A DNA stretch of 49,849 bases from Catajapyx aquilonaris (Eukaryota). How positions within the stretch are numbered: position 1 is the first letter of the stretch; each line of letters starts with the position of its first letter. A program made the position numbers and the translations under genes. Of this stretch, positions 12,036-23,833 are shown in pieces. The notes under the pieces are model-generated. The model was not told where the DNA came from. It saw nothing but the letters and a program-made list of their open reading frames with translations, and did not search any database. The DNA is taken from positions 1 to 49,849 of the forward strand of contig KZ538745.1 of NCBI GenBank assembly GCA_000934665.2. Reading direction: 5' to 3'.

Positions 12036-14297
12036 TCTTTGTTGACTTCCTCTGTTTCCATCTGATCTTGCTGCTGAACTGCAACCTTCAATATAATTAA
12101 AAAAAAAACAGTAGTAAATTCTAATGGATGCCAAAACTTTTACCCAACACACAGGACCATAAACTCAACTTCATCTACAAAATTAAAAGCAACAGCTAAT
12201 TTTCACAACTCTAGGAATGTTGAACATGGTCATTGAATATTGTAGAAACCTTGGTAGAAACAGGTTAAAAACCCTCAGCTTCACACCTGCCACTTCTCAC
12301 AGGGTTAGATTTAGGTTTATTAGGAAGGAACCACAAAGCAACTATGACTATCTGGCTATCTGAAGACACAAAGGGTGGAGACAAACGCGAAGAGAAAAAA
12401 TATGGGAGGAAAGACTGCTATCTCTCTTAGTCTCACCTGGAACTCATTAAAAACTCCAATTAGAAATGGATTATTTTTTGGTTCTAACCTTTTCGTCTGG
12501 TAGGTTCGGTATGTCAGTTGTAGAGCTCATTTGGGCACTGCATGAGAGCGTCACTGTTGGCTCTTCCGCATTTACGTCATCAGTCCAGGTGCCACTGGGA
12601 TCCACCAAAGTGTCCCGATCAACACCTCCCAGACATACAGTGCTGGCACTAGCAATAGCGCCTGCCATATCATCATCAGAACTATTATTCTGCTCCAGCT
12701 GAAAGGAAGAATCCATGGTAAACATATTCTGTTCCATATGTTGCAAAATTGGCTGACACCCAGCGAAGCTGAACTCTACATTATACCGGCATGCCACTTT
12801 AAGTGAGGTAATATGGTGCCTGTCCATTATCATCATGAATATATTTTAACAAAGGAAATAGTTACTTGCACAGTGTACATTAAAGCTCGAAAGTTGAAAG
12901 GACTTACCCAGAATTTCTCGTCACTGCTTGCAGAGAAATAATTTAGAATAATGGGCATATCTTCAGTGACATCAACAGCACCACTCCTCCTCTTGTTTGC
13001 ACTCTCTTCTTCCTGAGAGGCCGTGTCGTGCTCCCTTTTCCTCTTCAAATCCACAAAAGAGGTACTTGTACCCACACTGCTGTGAATACGTTCCACTTCT
13101 GCCTGCTGCTCCTCACTTGGCTTACTCTGCACAATCACCTGATTCTCTTCGTGATCATTCTCCTTTCCTCTCTCTGTGACCATGGGATTTGGGATTACCA
13201 CATTGGTTTGTGTGCCCTTATCTTCAGTGAATTTAGTCCGGTTCAGTGCTGAGAGTCGATCTTCTGCAGCACTCGTGTTGTTCTTATTTTCTTCATATTT
13301 CTGCCCCAGTTCCAACTTAAACAGCTTCACATACGGTATCTTGTGTTTACTCTGCAGCTTACATACTTCGTCTGTTAATACTTTATTATCTTGCTTCAAT
13401 CCGGCTGCAAGTGCTTGTAACTCATTAATTTCCTGAATGAGCAAGTCCTCTTGGGTTTTCATTCGTTCTCTTTCCCTGCCAGCTGCCAATTCCTGCTCCT
13501 GCAAGGCCTTCTGAGCAATCATCAAGTCCTGCTCCAAGTAAGATGCAAGTACTTCCGTACTCATCAACTCCTCCGCCAGTTTGGACTCTCGTGCAGTTAT
13601 TTGCTCTATCTTCTTCATGGCTGCCTGTGTCTTTCGTGTTAGACGTTCATTTTCCTCCAGGGCTTTCGTCAGTTCCTGCTCCCTGCTCGCAGCCAGTGCT
13701 TTTGCATTTTCCAATTCTTGGGACAAATCCACTTCTTGGCCTTTCATGGTTCTGTCAGTTGACTGTGGCATCAAACCCTCCTGAATGGTCTGGGTAGCTA
13801 TCAGTTCTTGCTCCTTTGTGACGGCAAGTGCTCTCTCGTCCTGCAATTATTCCTGCTTGAGTAAGGCCGCTCGTACACTTATTAGATCTACTTTATTCCA
13901 GGTTACCTGCACCATCTGGGCCTCCATGCACTCTTGAAACCCCGGTCCTATGGTCAGTTGGGCCTCTCGGGTCTTCACTGGCTCATGAGTGCTACGAGCC
14001 GCCTGTGTTGCCAATTTCTCGTCCTGGACAATCTCCTGGAATGAGTCAGGTTCAAACCTGATGTTGGCCTGTCTTGCATTCAAGGCCTTGAGAGTGACAA
14101 CCAGGACATGCTGGGACATCTTATTTTGAGTCCCATCACTCTTGATCTTCCACATGGTTTGGATTAGTGTCCCGCCAGCACCGGAGGTACAGGCCTGTAG
14201 TTGGAAAGAATTTGAATGGATAGAAACTGATCGTTATACCATCCCTATAACTAAGGTGGGGCTCGCATTCGATCATAGACCTACATTAGTCTACATT

Positions 14298-14624
14298 GGG
14301 GAGGTGTGGTGGCCGTGTGATGGTAACGTCACGGCTTGCTGAGTGAAAGGCCCCAGGTTCGATCCCCGCCTGGGGAACTTTCCTTTCACCTGCGTCGGAA
14401 GGCTCTCTGACCTGCACCAAGGAGGTGTCTGGCAACCTAGCCTCCTGGGGGACTGCACATGACCTGTTTAACGACATTGCACTCGTGTCCCCTCCCCGAA
14501 AATCCCTATCCTTACCCAATTTCCTTGATTCCTTGCACCGAAGTTGAGAAAATTGAAATAAATAAATAAATAAATAAAGGTTATTCATGCGATATACCCC
14601 CGTTTGGGGGTGAAAGCATTACCC
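14298..14624 (+). mobile_element. tRNA-derived SINE (family A), full length
   Basis: Starts GGGGAGGTGTGGTGGCCG, B-box GGTTCGATCCC, (AAAT)n run; 15-bp TSD ACATTAGTCTACATT at 14283-14297 and 14625-14639. Confidence 0.88.
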
Positions 14625-15243
14625 ACATTAGTCTACATTAGTGCACAGGCATTTTAGGCGGAAAAAAGAGCAAAATATCAAAAAATTGTAATACAAGACG
14701 TTTGATATAACTTTTTTTTTTCTGTATGAAAAGGTGTATCTGTTGCAAGATCCTGATGAGGTGTGTGCCTGTACAAGTACATGCCTTAAAAGTTTTATTG
14801 AAATTATGAAGTGGTTAACAATGTGCAACTCAAAAAATTGGCTATACATTTGCCGTACAAATTAATGTAAAAATTCTGCATGGTTGCTAGTGCCTTCTGT
14901 GGACATTAATTTTCAGATGCAAAAGATTTGCAAATTCTCAAATTTCAAGCGCAGAATTTTTCTACTCAGATATTTTAATTTGATCTACTATAATTATCAC
15001 TATGCAACAAAAATCAGCTTTTTTTTTTCTGTACATGGAAATCCATCACTATTTCTATGTTCCTTACGTCACTCTTAACTCATATTGACCATTCATTTTG
15101 TCTTCATTTTGTTTTTGACCTCGGGGCAGTCAAAAAAACCAAAATCCTCAAAATATGAAGGTTTTTCATATTCAACTGGACAATCTCGGATTTTGCTTAA
15201 GAAAATCACAGCTGTACAAATCCGTGCCATAACACTGCATATC

Positions 15244-15606
15244 TTTTTTATTCATTATTTATTTTATTTATTTTACCCCGTGATACAACTGTAAGCCGTT
15301 AGAGGGGGGTGGCACACCACCATCCGCTTTCTAGTGTTTTTGCAACTTTTCTTCACTCTCCGGTGTAAGGAAACAAGGACATTGGGTAAGGATAGGGGTT
15401 TTTTGGGGAGGGAACATGGGTGCAAGTGCAATGTCTGTAAAGGGGTCATGTGCTGTTCCCCAGGAGGTTAGGTTGCCAGACACCTCCAAGGCGCGGGTCA
15501 GAGACAGTCCTGATGCAGGTGAAAGGGAAATCCCAGGCGGAGATCGAACCTGGGACCTTTCACTCAGCAATCTAAGACATTACCATCTCGGCCACCGCAC
15601 CTCCCC
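15244..15606 (-). mobile_element. tRNA-derived SINE (family A), full length, inserted in an older repeat
   Basis: Reverse-complement homology to 14298-14540; TSD ATAACACTGCATATC at 15229-15243 and 15607-15621; A-rich tail. Confidence 0.88.
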
Positions 15607-15621
15607 ATAACACTGCATATC

Positions 15622-15930
15622 AAGTTTCAACCAAATTGAAAAATACTCTGGGGAGGGAATAAATCATGCAATTTTGGAATTTTTGGATAATTTTTTTCGG
15701 TCAGTGGAAATGGTCAAAACCAAATGAACATAGTACATCAAATGAAAGAGAACCATGAGTAGAATGCATCTATGGAGTTAGTTTTCCTCTCAAATGCACC
15801 CAGAAAAATATGTATGACATTCCATCCCTCACACGCTCAGTCACATGTCCAAGTATTTAGACCCCAACAATTAGTGATGTATTTGCCTAGCAGCAGTCAT
15901 ACTTGGTGACAGGAGTTGTGGCCCATACAA
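15622..15930. repeat. Fragment of the foldback family seen at 25915-26720
   Basis: CAGTCACATGTCCAAGTATTTAGACCCCAACAATTAGTGAT...GGTGACAGGAGTTGTG matches the reverse complement of 26330-26430; another piece lies at ~16330-16495. Confidence 0.7.
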
Positions 15931-15936
15931 GATTTA

Positions 15937-16140
15937 AGGCGCGTTTAAATGTGAGCGATTTGATCACGCGATGTCATCGCCAAGAGGTGCATCGCTGAGT
16001 ACCCTGTGTAACAAATATTGTTTGAGGTCAACTAACAATCGATTTTCGACTCAAACAATACTGGTTACTTGGGTTACTCAGCGATGCACCACTTGGCGAT
16101 GACCATCGCGCGATCAAATTGCTCACATGTAAACGCACCT
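15937..16140. mobile_element. PIF/Harbinger MITE (same family as 10360-10511)
   Basis: TIRs AGGCGCGTTTAAATGTGAGCGATTTGATC / GATCAAATTGCTCACATGTAAACGCACCT; shared internal ATTTTCG..TCAAACAAT..TGGTTACTTGGGTT. Confidence 0.8.
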
Positions 16141-16667
16141 TTCATATGTTCAGTTTCAATCACGGGTCATGCATGGCTCACGAGAAAATAACAGATACTG
16201 TGTGTTTTGCAGATATACCATTAATTTTCAAGGACCCAAATTATGCGACATATGACTGATGGAATGCAACACAGGTTGTTCTGGTTACGTTTTAGAGTAG
16301 AGGAAAACAAATACCATGGTCACATTCTCCTCGTGTTTCTCTTTAATTTTATATACACATATGTTGATTGGGTTTTGACCATGTCCACTAACTGGAAAAA
16401 AAAACAACCAAAAAAAGGCCCCATTTCCACAATTTCGCGATTCTTCCCCTCCCCATTTCGCAATTTGGTTGAAACTTGATATGTAGTGTATGGCATACTA
16501 GCTAGGCTAGTGGATTACATTCAAGCAAATCCACTCCTGATATAATTATGAAAGTGCCTTTTATATGTGAGGTAGCAAAGGACACATTCGAGATGCATCT
16601 ATTATGGTTGGAAATTATGTATTTATTATGCACAAATCTGTTGAGATAATTTCCTAATGATTCTATG

Positions 16668-16766
16668 GTACTATGGGCGCCAAAAGAATTGACCGGAGTT
16701 GATGGGTATATAGCGCCATATACCGTACCCATCAACTCCGGTCAATTCTTTTGGCGCCCATAGTAC
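16668..16766. mobile_element. Short palindromic TA-flanked MITE (Tc1/mariner-like)
   Basis: Perfect ~41-bp arms GTACTATGGGCGCCAAAAGAATTGACCGGAGTTGATGGGTA; inserted next to the splice donor at 16770. Confidence 0.85.
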
Positions 16767-16770
16767 ATAC

Positions 16771-17577
16771 CTGGTCATGTGCCGGTTGATTGTCTCCAAC
16801 AACTTCCATCTCAACCCGACCTCCATTCCCAGCTTGTCCATCTCCATCCATGTTCAAACCTTCCTCTATTTCCATAAACTCAGACACTTCCTCTTCAACC
16901 TGAATGATAACAATAAGAAACTGTTGTAGCCTCGTCCATCCTATGGATGCCAAACATTTTTTATATGACACACTGTACTCTTAACCCAATTTTAAGAAAA
17001 GAAACCGCACATTTTCACAACTACAGGAATGTTGAACATAAGTCATTGAATATGGTAGAAGCAGGTTAAAGCCTCACCGCAGTCAATTCTATCACGTCAG
17101 CAACTGATTCAAAAGCTACTGTACTATATCGCCCAAAAAGATAGAGACGATTTTGCATTTGACTCAAGTGCAACTTGCACTTGAATCAAATGCCAATCGT
17201 CTCTATCTTTTTGAGCGATATAGTACATAAGAAATGACGTTTTTAAAAAACATAATAACCTTTGCATCAGGCAGCCGCATGATGAGTACAGGTATGTCAC
17301 TAGGGGACTTTCGGGTACTGCTTGGCACCGTTTGCTTGTCGTCATCATTCTGGGTCTCCATGTTCACCAAAGGATCTCCCTCATCACCACTACCTTCACC
17401 CATACTTGAAGTGCTGACACTAGGGCTTGCACTTCCACCTTGCCTCAGACCCTCTCTAATTTTGGCCAACCCAGCTAGTGTTTCATCTCTGAATAGTGTT
17501 AAATGATCCTCCAACTGGTTCACGGTGCCGAGGATTTGACACTGCACCGCCTGGTTCCACTTGCTGCTCTTACTCAT
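16771..17577 (-). pseudogene. Zinc-finger family paralogue 2 (partial; zinc-finger exon not found)
   Basis: Exons 17577-17260 (MSKSSKW...METQNDDDKQTVPSSTRKSPSDIP..PDAK) and 16899-16771 (VEEEVSEFMEIEEG...DNQPAHDQ) are homologous to paralogues 1 and 3, including intron sequence ATTTTCACAACT..AGGAATGTTGAACAT..GTCATTGAATAT. Confidence 0.55.
17121..17226. mobile_element. Short palindromic TA-flanked MITE
   Basis: GTACTATATCGCCCAAAAAGATAGAGACGATT...AATCGTCTCTATCTTTTTGAGCGATATAGTAC; a partial copy is nested at ~22562-22636. Confidence 0.85.
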
Positions 17578-17715
17578 CGTCTGGCTTATTATCAAACACA
17601 CCACGGATGAGATTGGATTGAAAAATCGGCGGGGGGAAAACGCGACAGTGGAAAGAAGTCAGCTCTCCAAAGATATATGCCATATGTAGCCTAACACCTA
17701 ACTGATATCTGATCT

Positions 17716-18680
17716 AGTGCCATATATGCTATATAGCTATATAGCAGAAATCTTTGGGTCACGCCCATGGAATCGCCTAGCAGTGCAGTCATTTTATAAA
17801 AATTAGGCAAAAAAAAAAAAAAATCATTACAAGCAAGAGATTTTGTATACGTGTAGTATTTTGTTGGGGCCGAATTCAGAGAGGTTGCTTAACGTAAACG
17901 CGCCCGATTAAATCCTTTAGTCAGCCTCGATTAGCATATTTAATCAACCTGCTAATACAAAGACGGCGATTAGCGATGCCATATATGCTACATAGCTATA
18001 TAGCAGAAATCTTGGAGTCACGCCCATGGAATCGCCTAGCAGTGAAGTCATTTTATGAAAATTAGGTAAAAAATAAAATCCTTACAAGCAACCCTTGTAA
18101 CATACTAAAAGTCCTCGGAAATCCATGCTGTGCGACGGCCGCCATCTTGGAAAATGACGGCCGAAATATCCCATTTTTCCAAAGCATTTTTCACACTTTA
18201 TCTCGGAACATACACATGTTATCGAATGTTTTTTTTTAAAAAAACAAAAAATGCTTGCTCTGCAATTGCCCATATAGGCCTACCGGTAATTTATTCTTAG
18301 CATTTAAACCTTGCCATTATTCCAGAAATCTAATTTCCTTTGTTCAATATAATTATGTCGAGAAATGGGATTTCGGCGGCCATTTTCCAAGATGGTGGCC
18401 GTCACACAGCATTGATTTTCGAGGACTTTTAGTATGTTACAAGGATAATTCCGGGTCGCTTCCGTATAATAGGCCACAGCCGCTTCCTTCCTTCCCTATC
18501 CTTGGAGGTTGAAAGGCAATGCTGGGCCAACCTCCTTAAATAATTATATCAATTATAAAGTATGTTACAAGGGCGGTGATCAAATGGACAAATACTACAC
18601 ATATACCAAATCTCTTGCTTGTAAGGATTTTTTAAACCTGCTGATGCCGACATTTTGGTCTAAAATGACTGCACTATAGA
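17716..18680. mobile_element. Composite foldback element with internal direct duplication
   Basis: 17716-17835 is repeated at 17976-18090; inverted arms at 18092-18177 and 18362-18444 (GCCGCCATCTTGGAAAATG / CATTTTCCAAGATGGTGGC); outer inverted match 17828-17860 vs 18590-18625. Confidence 0.65.
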
Positions 18681-18934
18681 GGTGTCTTCGACGGCAGGGT
18701 GGACATGTGGAGGTGTGAATTTTTGTACAAAAACTTGATCATATGTACCACCTTCCCAGCAAATATGAATAAAATATAATATGTAATACTTCTTGAACTG
18801 CATTGGTTCTTTACTGGAAACACCTTTTTGGAACACCCTGTATTATAAAAAGGAGCATCAGTGTCTACTTGACGTACAGACCAGCTTCAGATATGTAACA
18901 GTTGACACTTGTCAAAATACAAGGTGACTAAAGT

Positions 18935-19122
18935 CAGGGTGTTTCAACTTTTTTGTTCCAAAAATATCGGAAATATTGGACGAATAAGCTGCTACTTTGT
19001 AAGCAGTAGTGACTTGCCACAGATTCCTCCGACAAATGACTGGTTGCAAGCCCCTGCTTACGAAGTAGCAGCTTAGTGCAATGTTTCTGATATTGTTGGG
19101 ACAAAAAAGTTGAAACACCCTG
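18935..19122. mobile_element. Tc1/mariner-type MITE
   Basis: TIRs CAGGGTGTTTCAACTTTTTTGT / ACAAAAAAGTTGAAACACCCTG, with TA on the right. Confidence 0.8.
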
Positions 19123-19719
19123 TATAGGTACTGGTACTGTAATAATCTCCAGATTTAACCCCCCTCAGCCCACCCTAAGGCAGTTGAGATCTGAGTTTGT
19201 CGCTTTAAAAATTCAGTTTTTCTCTTATTGTGTTTTTATTTTACATGTAGGTTATTTTATTTTATATTTTAGCTTGCGGCAGCCCCTACCCTAAATGTGG
19301 CATGTGCAAAAATTGGTGTGTTGGGCTTCGGCTGGCTTTTCACACATCTTACAACCCCAGGGACATGAACAATAAATATTGTCGAGCGAGTCGCGAAATG
19401 TGTGTATGTGCTGTAATTGCACAGTGCACTTGTGATTTCTAACAGTTGGCAGTGTTGGCGTCAGTGTGAGGGCAAGCTTTGCCAGACATCTTTTGATGCA
19501 CATATCATTTAATTGATCAAAATTCAATTACACAGTGAAATCAGTCTATGTTGGGCACTGATGGTTTCAAGGAAAAATGTCCAACATAGGGAGATGTCCA
19601 GCATATTAGGATTTCAATCTCTCGGGTTTCATAGTGCAGTACAGTAATGTACGAGTAAGTACTCAACAGTAGTCAATTGCCAAGCATGTTTTCTTATTTT
19701 CAGTATGGTACAGCACAGT

Positions 19720-20377
19720 GTACTATGGGGTTCAAATACTTTTGGCCACTTTATCTGGTCTTGAAGCAACCCTTACACACCCACACACCCAGCAGGAGCG
19801 CATTGCTATCCTTGTGAGGTTTTTCCAAAATATAAAATTTAAACTAACCTAACCTACAAGGAAACACACGAAATTTTGGTGAAATATATTTTTACTGTCT
19901 TTATGAGGTATTTTTTTCCCCTATCCTTGTGAGGCGTGTGTTCACTATGAGGTGCAGGAAAACTGCCTCGTAATGGCAAAATTCCTCACAAGGATAGGAA
20001 AACGCGTAAAAAATACCTCACAAGGATAGCAATCCCCGCCCATGTTTGCACGCCATTAGCTGTGGGGACATGGCTTTTGAAACCTAGTTTGTCCTAACCT
20101 ATCCTACCCTAACTAACCTAGGCTGAGATAAATTGTTTTTAAAGAGACCCAATTGTGGGGACATGTCCCCACTAAAGCTGTACCCAACAGGTGAAATCAA
20201 TTGTGAAGACCAGAAATGTCCCCACAGTTACAGTTAAAACTCCCATTTCTGTCCCCAGAGCTAATTGAAGACCCATACACACACCCACACACACACACCT
20301 CCTTAATGTGGGGTCTGTGCGAAGGGTTGCTTCAGGACCAGGATAAAGTGGCCAAAAGCATTTGAACCTGATAGTAC
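19720..20377. mobile_element. TA-flanked MITE carrying two nested inverted-repeat elements
   Basis: Outer TIRs GTACTATGGGGTTCAAATACTTTTGGCCACTTTATC / GATAAAGTGGCCAAAAGCATTTGAACCTGATAGTAC; inner ATTGCTATCCTTGTGAGG...CCTCACAAGGATAGCAAT (19802-20033) and ATTAGCTGTGGGGACA...TGTCCCCAGAGCTAAT (~20055-20264). Confidence 0.8.
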
Positions 20378-21034
20378 ATGCAATTTATGAAACAGGCCTA
20401 CTTTTTGGTTCATAAATCAGTAACAAGTGACTGGTTTAATGAGAGGAAATTCCAGTTTCTTTTGAGTCGCAAAAATGTTGTCAATAAGAGTGGCATGCCA
20501 AAGCATAAAGTTCAAATTGTTTAATGCACTCAAGGGCATACCGATGAGGGGAAGTTTTATTGTCACGACTAGATTTACAGCATCTTCATCCGCGAAAAGG
20601 GAAATGAAAAGAAATGTAACATGCTTTTTACAGAAGTCAATAAATTCTATGGTAAGTTTTGTTATTTTGATTAAACCTGATTTAAAGCATCATGTACCGG
20701 TATCATACATGTAGTTCAATTGAAACCTGTGAATAGCTTTCTTTTTTAAATGGTACATAGGACCATTTTCGGATTATTGTCAGTGTTTTTTTCAAATATC
20801 CGGGCACAGCCATGCATTAATTAGTACAGACAATTCGGAGTGTAGCCTACTTGTATAAATTTTCTTACAATTTATTGCAAGTATACTGGTAGCCTATGTG
20901 TGGATAAAGATAAATTCAATTAAAACACAGCCTATTAGTATTCCCCATCTCACAATGGGATGCAATCGCCCAACTGTCAATGATCGCTTATCCGAACATC
21001 CCCCACAATTGTTTCGGAAGATCTGCTTCTACTG

Positions 21035-21243
21035 TATTCCATTCTATGTGTTTCCTGATGGCTATTTCATCGATTAAAGATTAATAATGCACACAATACT
21101 GACTTATCCTTAGCTGCAGCTTCCTGAGCTCTGAGGCGAAGAGCGTGAAAAGCTTCGGGAGTGAAACCAGGAGAACCATCTACAACTTGGGATGTGGCAA
21201 ACTTGTGTTAAAACATTTCTTCACATAATCGAAGGCATTTCCT
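21035..21243 (-). mobile_element. P-element/THAP9-like transposase remnant (frameshifted)
   Basis: Three frames give NAFDYVKKCFNTSLPHP / VDGSPGFTPEAFHALRLRAQEAAAKDKSVLCALLI / DEIAIRKHIEWN, matching the AY.YVR..F...LPHP, VDG.PGF..EAF..L and L..DE.AIRK.IEW motifs of P-type transposases. Confidence 0.7.
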
Positions 21244-21701
21244 GTAAAGTGTAAACAATGCGATTGTCATTAAAATCACTTTTTTTTTACGTTACCCCAT
21301 GATAGGGCAGAACTTACATTTTTGCAGAAATGTAAAGAGTACACATTCAGGGTGTGGGATGTACACAAATGTCAGAATGTGTTAATCCAATGCTATTTAT
21401 TTCGCATTCACAGCCCAAAACACACAAATTTTTCATACATGATTGTCTCCATTGTATCTGCTTTCTAATTTTTGTGTGACAATTTAGCTTCGCAACCATC
21501 ACAAGCATAATCATGTCATAATCATAATCATCCTATCATCAGTCTGAATCATCTGGATACATAATTTTTACCCATGTAAATGAGAGAAACAAGTTTAATT
21601 GCCATACATACTAAAATTATGAATCATGATGGCAAAACTATACTTTATCTATGGCTCTATGTCATGAGGCAGCAGAAAGCTAAATGTCACACAGTGAGGA
21701 T

Positions 21702-23324
21702 CTAAATTTTTTTCTTGTCAGCATGATCCGTCTTGCAGTGGACCATCAGTTTCTCCTTGGTATGGAATCTCTTCCTGCAATGAGTGCAATTGAAGCCCTT
21801 CTTCGCATTCATTGCAACATGATGGACTTTCAGGGCTTTCTCACGCCCAAAAATCTTTGAGCAGCAATCGCAATGGAACAGTTTCTGCTTATTAGCTCCC
21901 TTGGGTTCTGGCTTCTTAAACTGAAATAAAGATAGTGAAAGTTGTTATCACACCTATTAAGAAGTTAATAAATTGCAAGGTCAACATGGCCCATACTTTC
22001 ATAATGTGCGTTTGCAGCACCCGAGAGGCAAAGAGATGCATTAATGTCATTTCACGTTATTGATTAAATGCACTTTGAATATATCGGCAGTTAAATTGCC
22101 TGAATATTATCCACTAGCCAGATTATTTACAACCAAAATGATACCTCGTGAGATGCAGAATCAAGCTGCGGTTGCCCACCAACTGCTCCCTCAACATGAT
22201 CTCCATTCATGCCGTGTCCATCTCCAGGGACTGCGATGGCTTCCTCCGTTTCCATATTCTCTTGCTCTTGCATTTCACCCTGAACGACAACAAGAAACAG
22301 TAGTAATATGCCAATCATTTCACCCCGCAGTACCCTAATCCCAACTTCATCTTAATAAAGAGCAAGAGCTAATTTTCACAAGTCAAGGAACAATGGTCAT
22401 TGAATATGGTAAAAGCAGGTTAAGGCTGCGGTTTACATATGAGCGAATCGCTTCGGGGGCGAAAACTGATTGTTACTTTCACCACCAACAATTGGTTTCA
22501 TCGCTGAGCAAATCACTCACATGTGAAGTCTAGTTTACATGCGAGGGATTTATCAGCGATACACTATATCGCTCAAAAACATACAGAGGATTTTGCATTT
22601 GATTCAAGTGCAGGCTGCACTTGAGTCAAATAGTACATCGATAAGCGATGGGAGCAATTGCTTGGAACCACCATTATTACTTTCGCTTAGCGATGTACAT
22701 TGCTGCAATATCGCTGATAAATCGATCGCATGTAAACGCAGCTTAAATGCAGCATAAAGCTTCATTCCTGTCAATATTCTCACAAGGAATAATCATCTGT
22801 AAGTGATTCAAAGTTACACATCAAATTAATTTTTTTTTGTCCGGTTCTAACCTCAGCAACTGGTGGCTTGGGTACATCAGTAGAGCGTGTTTGGGTACTG
22901 CTTGAGACCATGGGTTCTTTGCCATCTGTCTGGGTCTCAACGGATTCCGCCAAAGGATTCAGCTCAACACTAGCCACATTTGCAGTGCTTTCCCCTCCAT
23001 CACCTGAACCATCATTCTCCGACTGCTGAAAGAAAGAACCCGTGACAAACATGCTGGAATCCTAATTAAAACTGTGTGTAAGCTAAATGCTTCACAGGCC
23101 TTACGGCATACAGAGTAGAAGGTTTCGATTCATACCGAGTTTGGGACCATGGCAGCCAGGTGCCTGTCGATCCCTGCAAGCGAGGCGCTCATGGATTGCA
23201 AAATCTGCGTTTGATTCGACATCAGCTGGACGAGGAATGGGTCAGGTCCGAACCTCACGCGGGTCAGTCCAGCCGTGAATCCATTCAAAGCCCGCGTCAA
23301 GTCACCCATGGCGTGCTGGTCCAT
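21702..23324 (-). CDS. Zinc-finger family paralogue 3: intact ~238-aa protein, acidic linker, two C-terminal C2H2-type fingers
   Basis: Exons 23324-23136, 23025-22852, 22279-22145, 21920-21702, all phase 0, GT-AG. Last exon ...FHCDCCSKIFGREKALKVHH...FNCTHCRKRFHTKEKLMVHCKTDH; the second finger is canonical C-x2-C-x3-F-x5-L-x2-H-x4-H. Confidence 0.75.
22424..22743. mobile_element. PIF/Harbinger MITE with a nested partial MITE
   Basis: GGCTGCGGTTTACAT...ATGTAAACGCAGCT flanked by TAA/TAA; empty site GCAGGTTAAAG in the paralogue 2 intron (~17061). Confidence 0.75.
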
Positions 23325-23833
23325 CTTGAGCTCTTCACCGGTTATCTTCCACACGGTTTGGCTTATCCAACACAGCAAAGTGGGGTAAGGTTGGAGGGGA
23401 AAGGGTGCAATGCAAATGGATGTAATATGGAGCCCACCACTTCCTGTCACAACTAGTGATCCTAGTGGCAGACACTCGAAGCTGCTCCCAACTGCCAATT
23501 ATTCAAATCTGTTTGTTTGTTTGACCAGGCTACTAATTAAATTAACAATTAAGAAAAAAGTCTAACACTTTTTTGGGCCAATTAAAAAAAAAATGCTTGT
23601 CACTAATGTTCATTTCTAATTGACTAGTAAGTAGACCAGTTGGAAAATTTTGGTACCGGGTAACACTGCTTGGCCCACCCCACCACTGGCTACTGGGACA
23701 TAGTCCGATAGGCCACTACCAGTTGGCGCATAGGCACACTTCCGCCACTCTCAGGGGGAAAGTAGTACTACATGCACGTTGGTGATGAGTCACCAAGCAG
23801 ACAAAGCCCACCAGGGAGCTATAAACCAGCATG

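Larger units (their letters stand above)
10859..14155 (-). pseudogene. Zinc-finger family paralogue 1 with coiled-coil-expanded first exon; two in-frame stops
   Basis: Exons 14155 (or 14119)-12908, 12698-12489, 12085-11888, 11038-10859 splice in phase 0 like paralogue 3. In-frame TAA at 13849-13847. Last exon CECCSKIFKHERGFKAH...CSQRKRKSNHSK* has a decayed second finger and a premature TAG; the homologous stop is still in frame at 10819-10817. Confidence 0.65.

Noticed and set aside
14298..14375. tRNA gene calls at SINE heads (also 11606, 15606, 23834)
   Set aside because: Cloverleaf incomplete, and each is followed by a SINE body and tail, with TSDs in three of the four.
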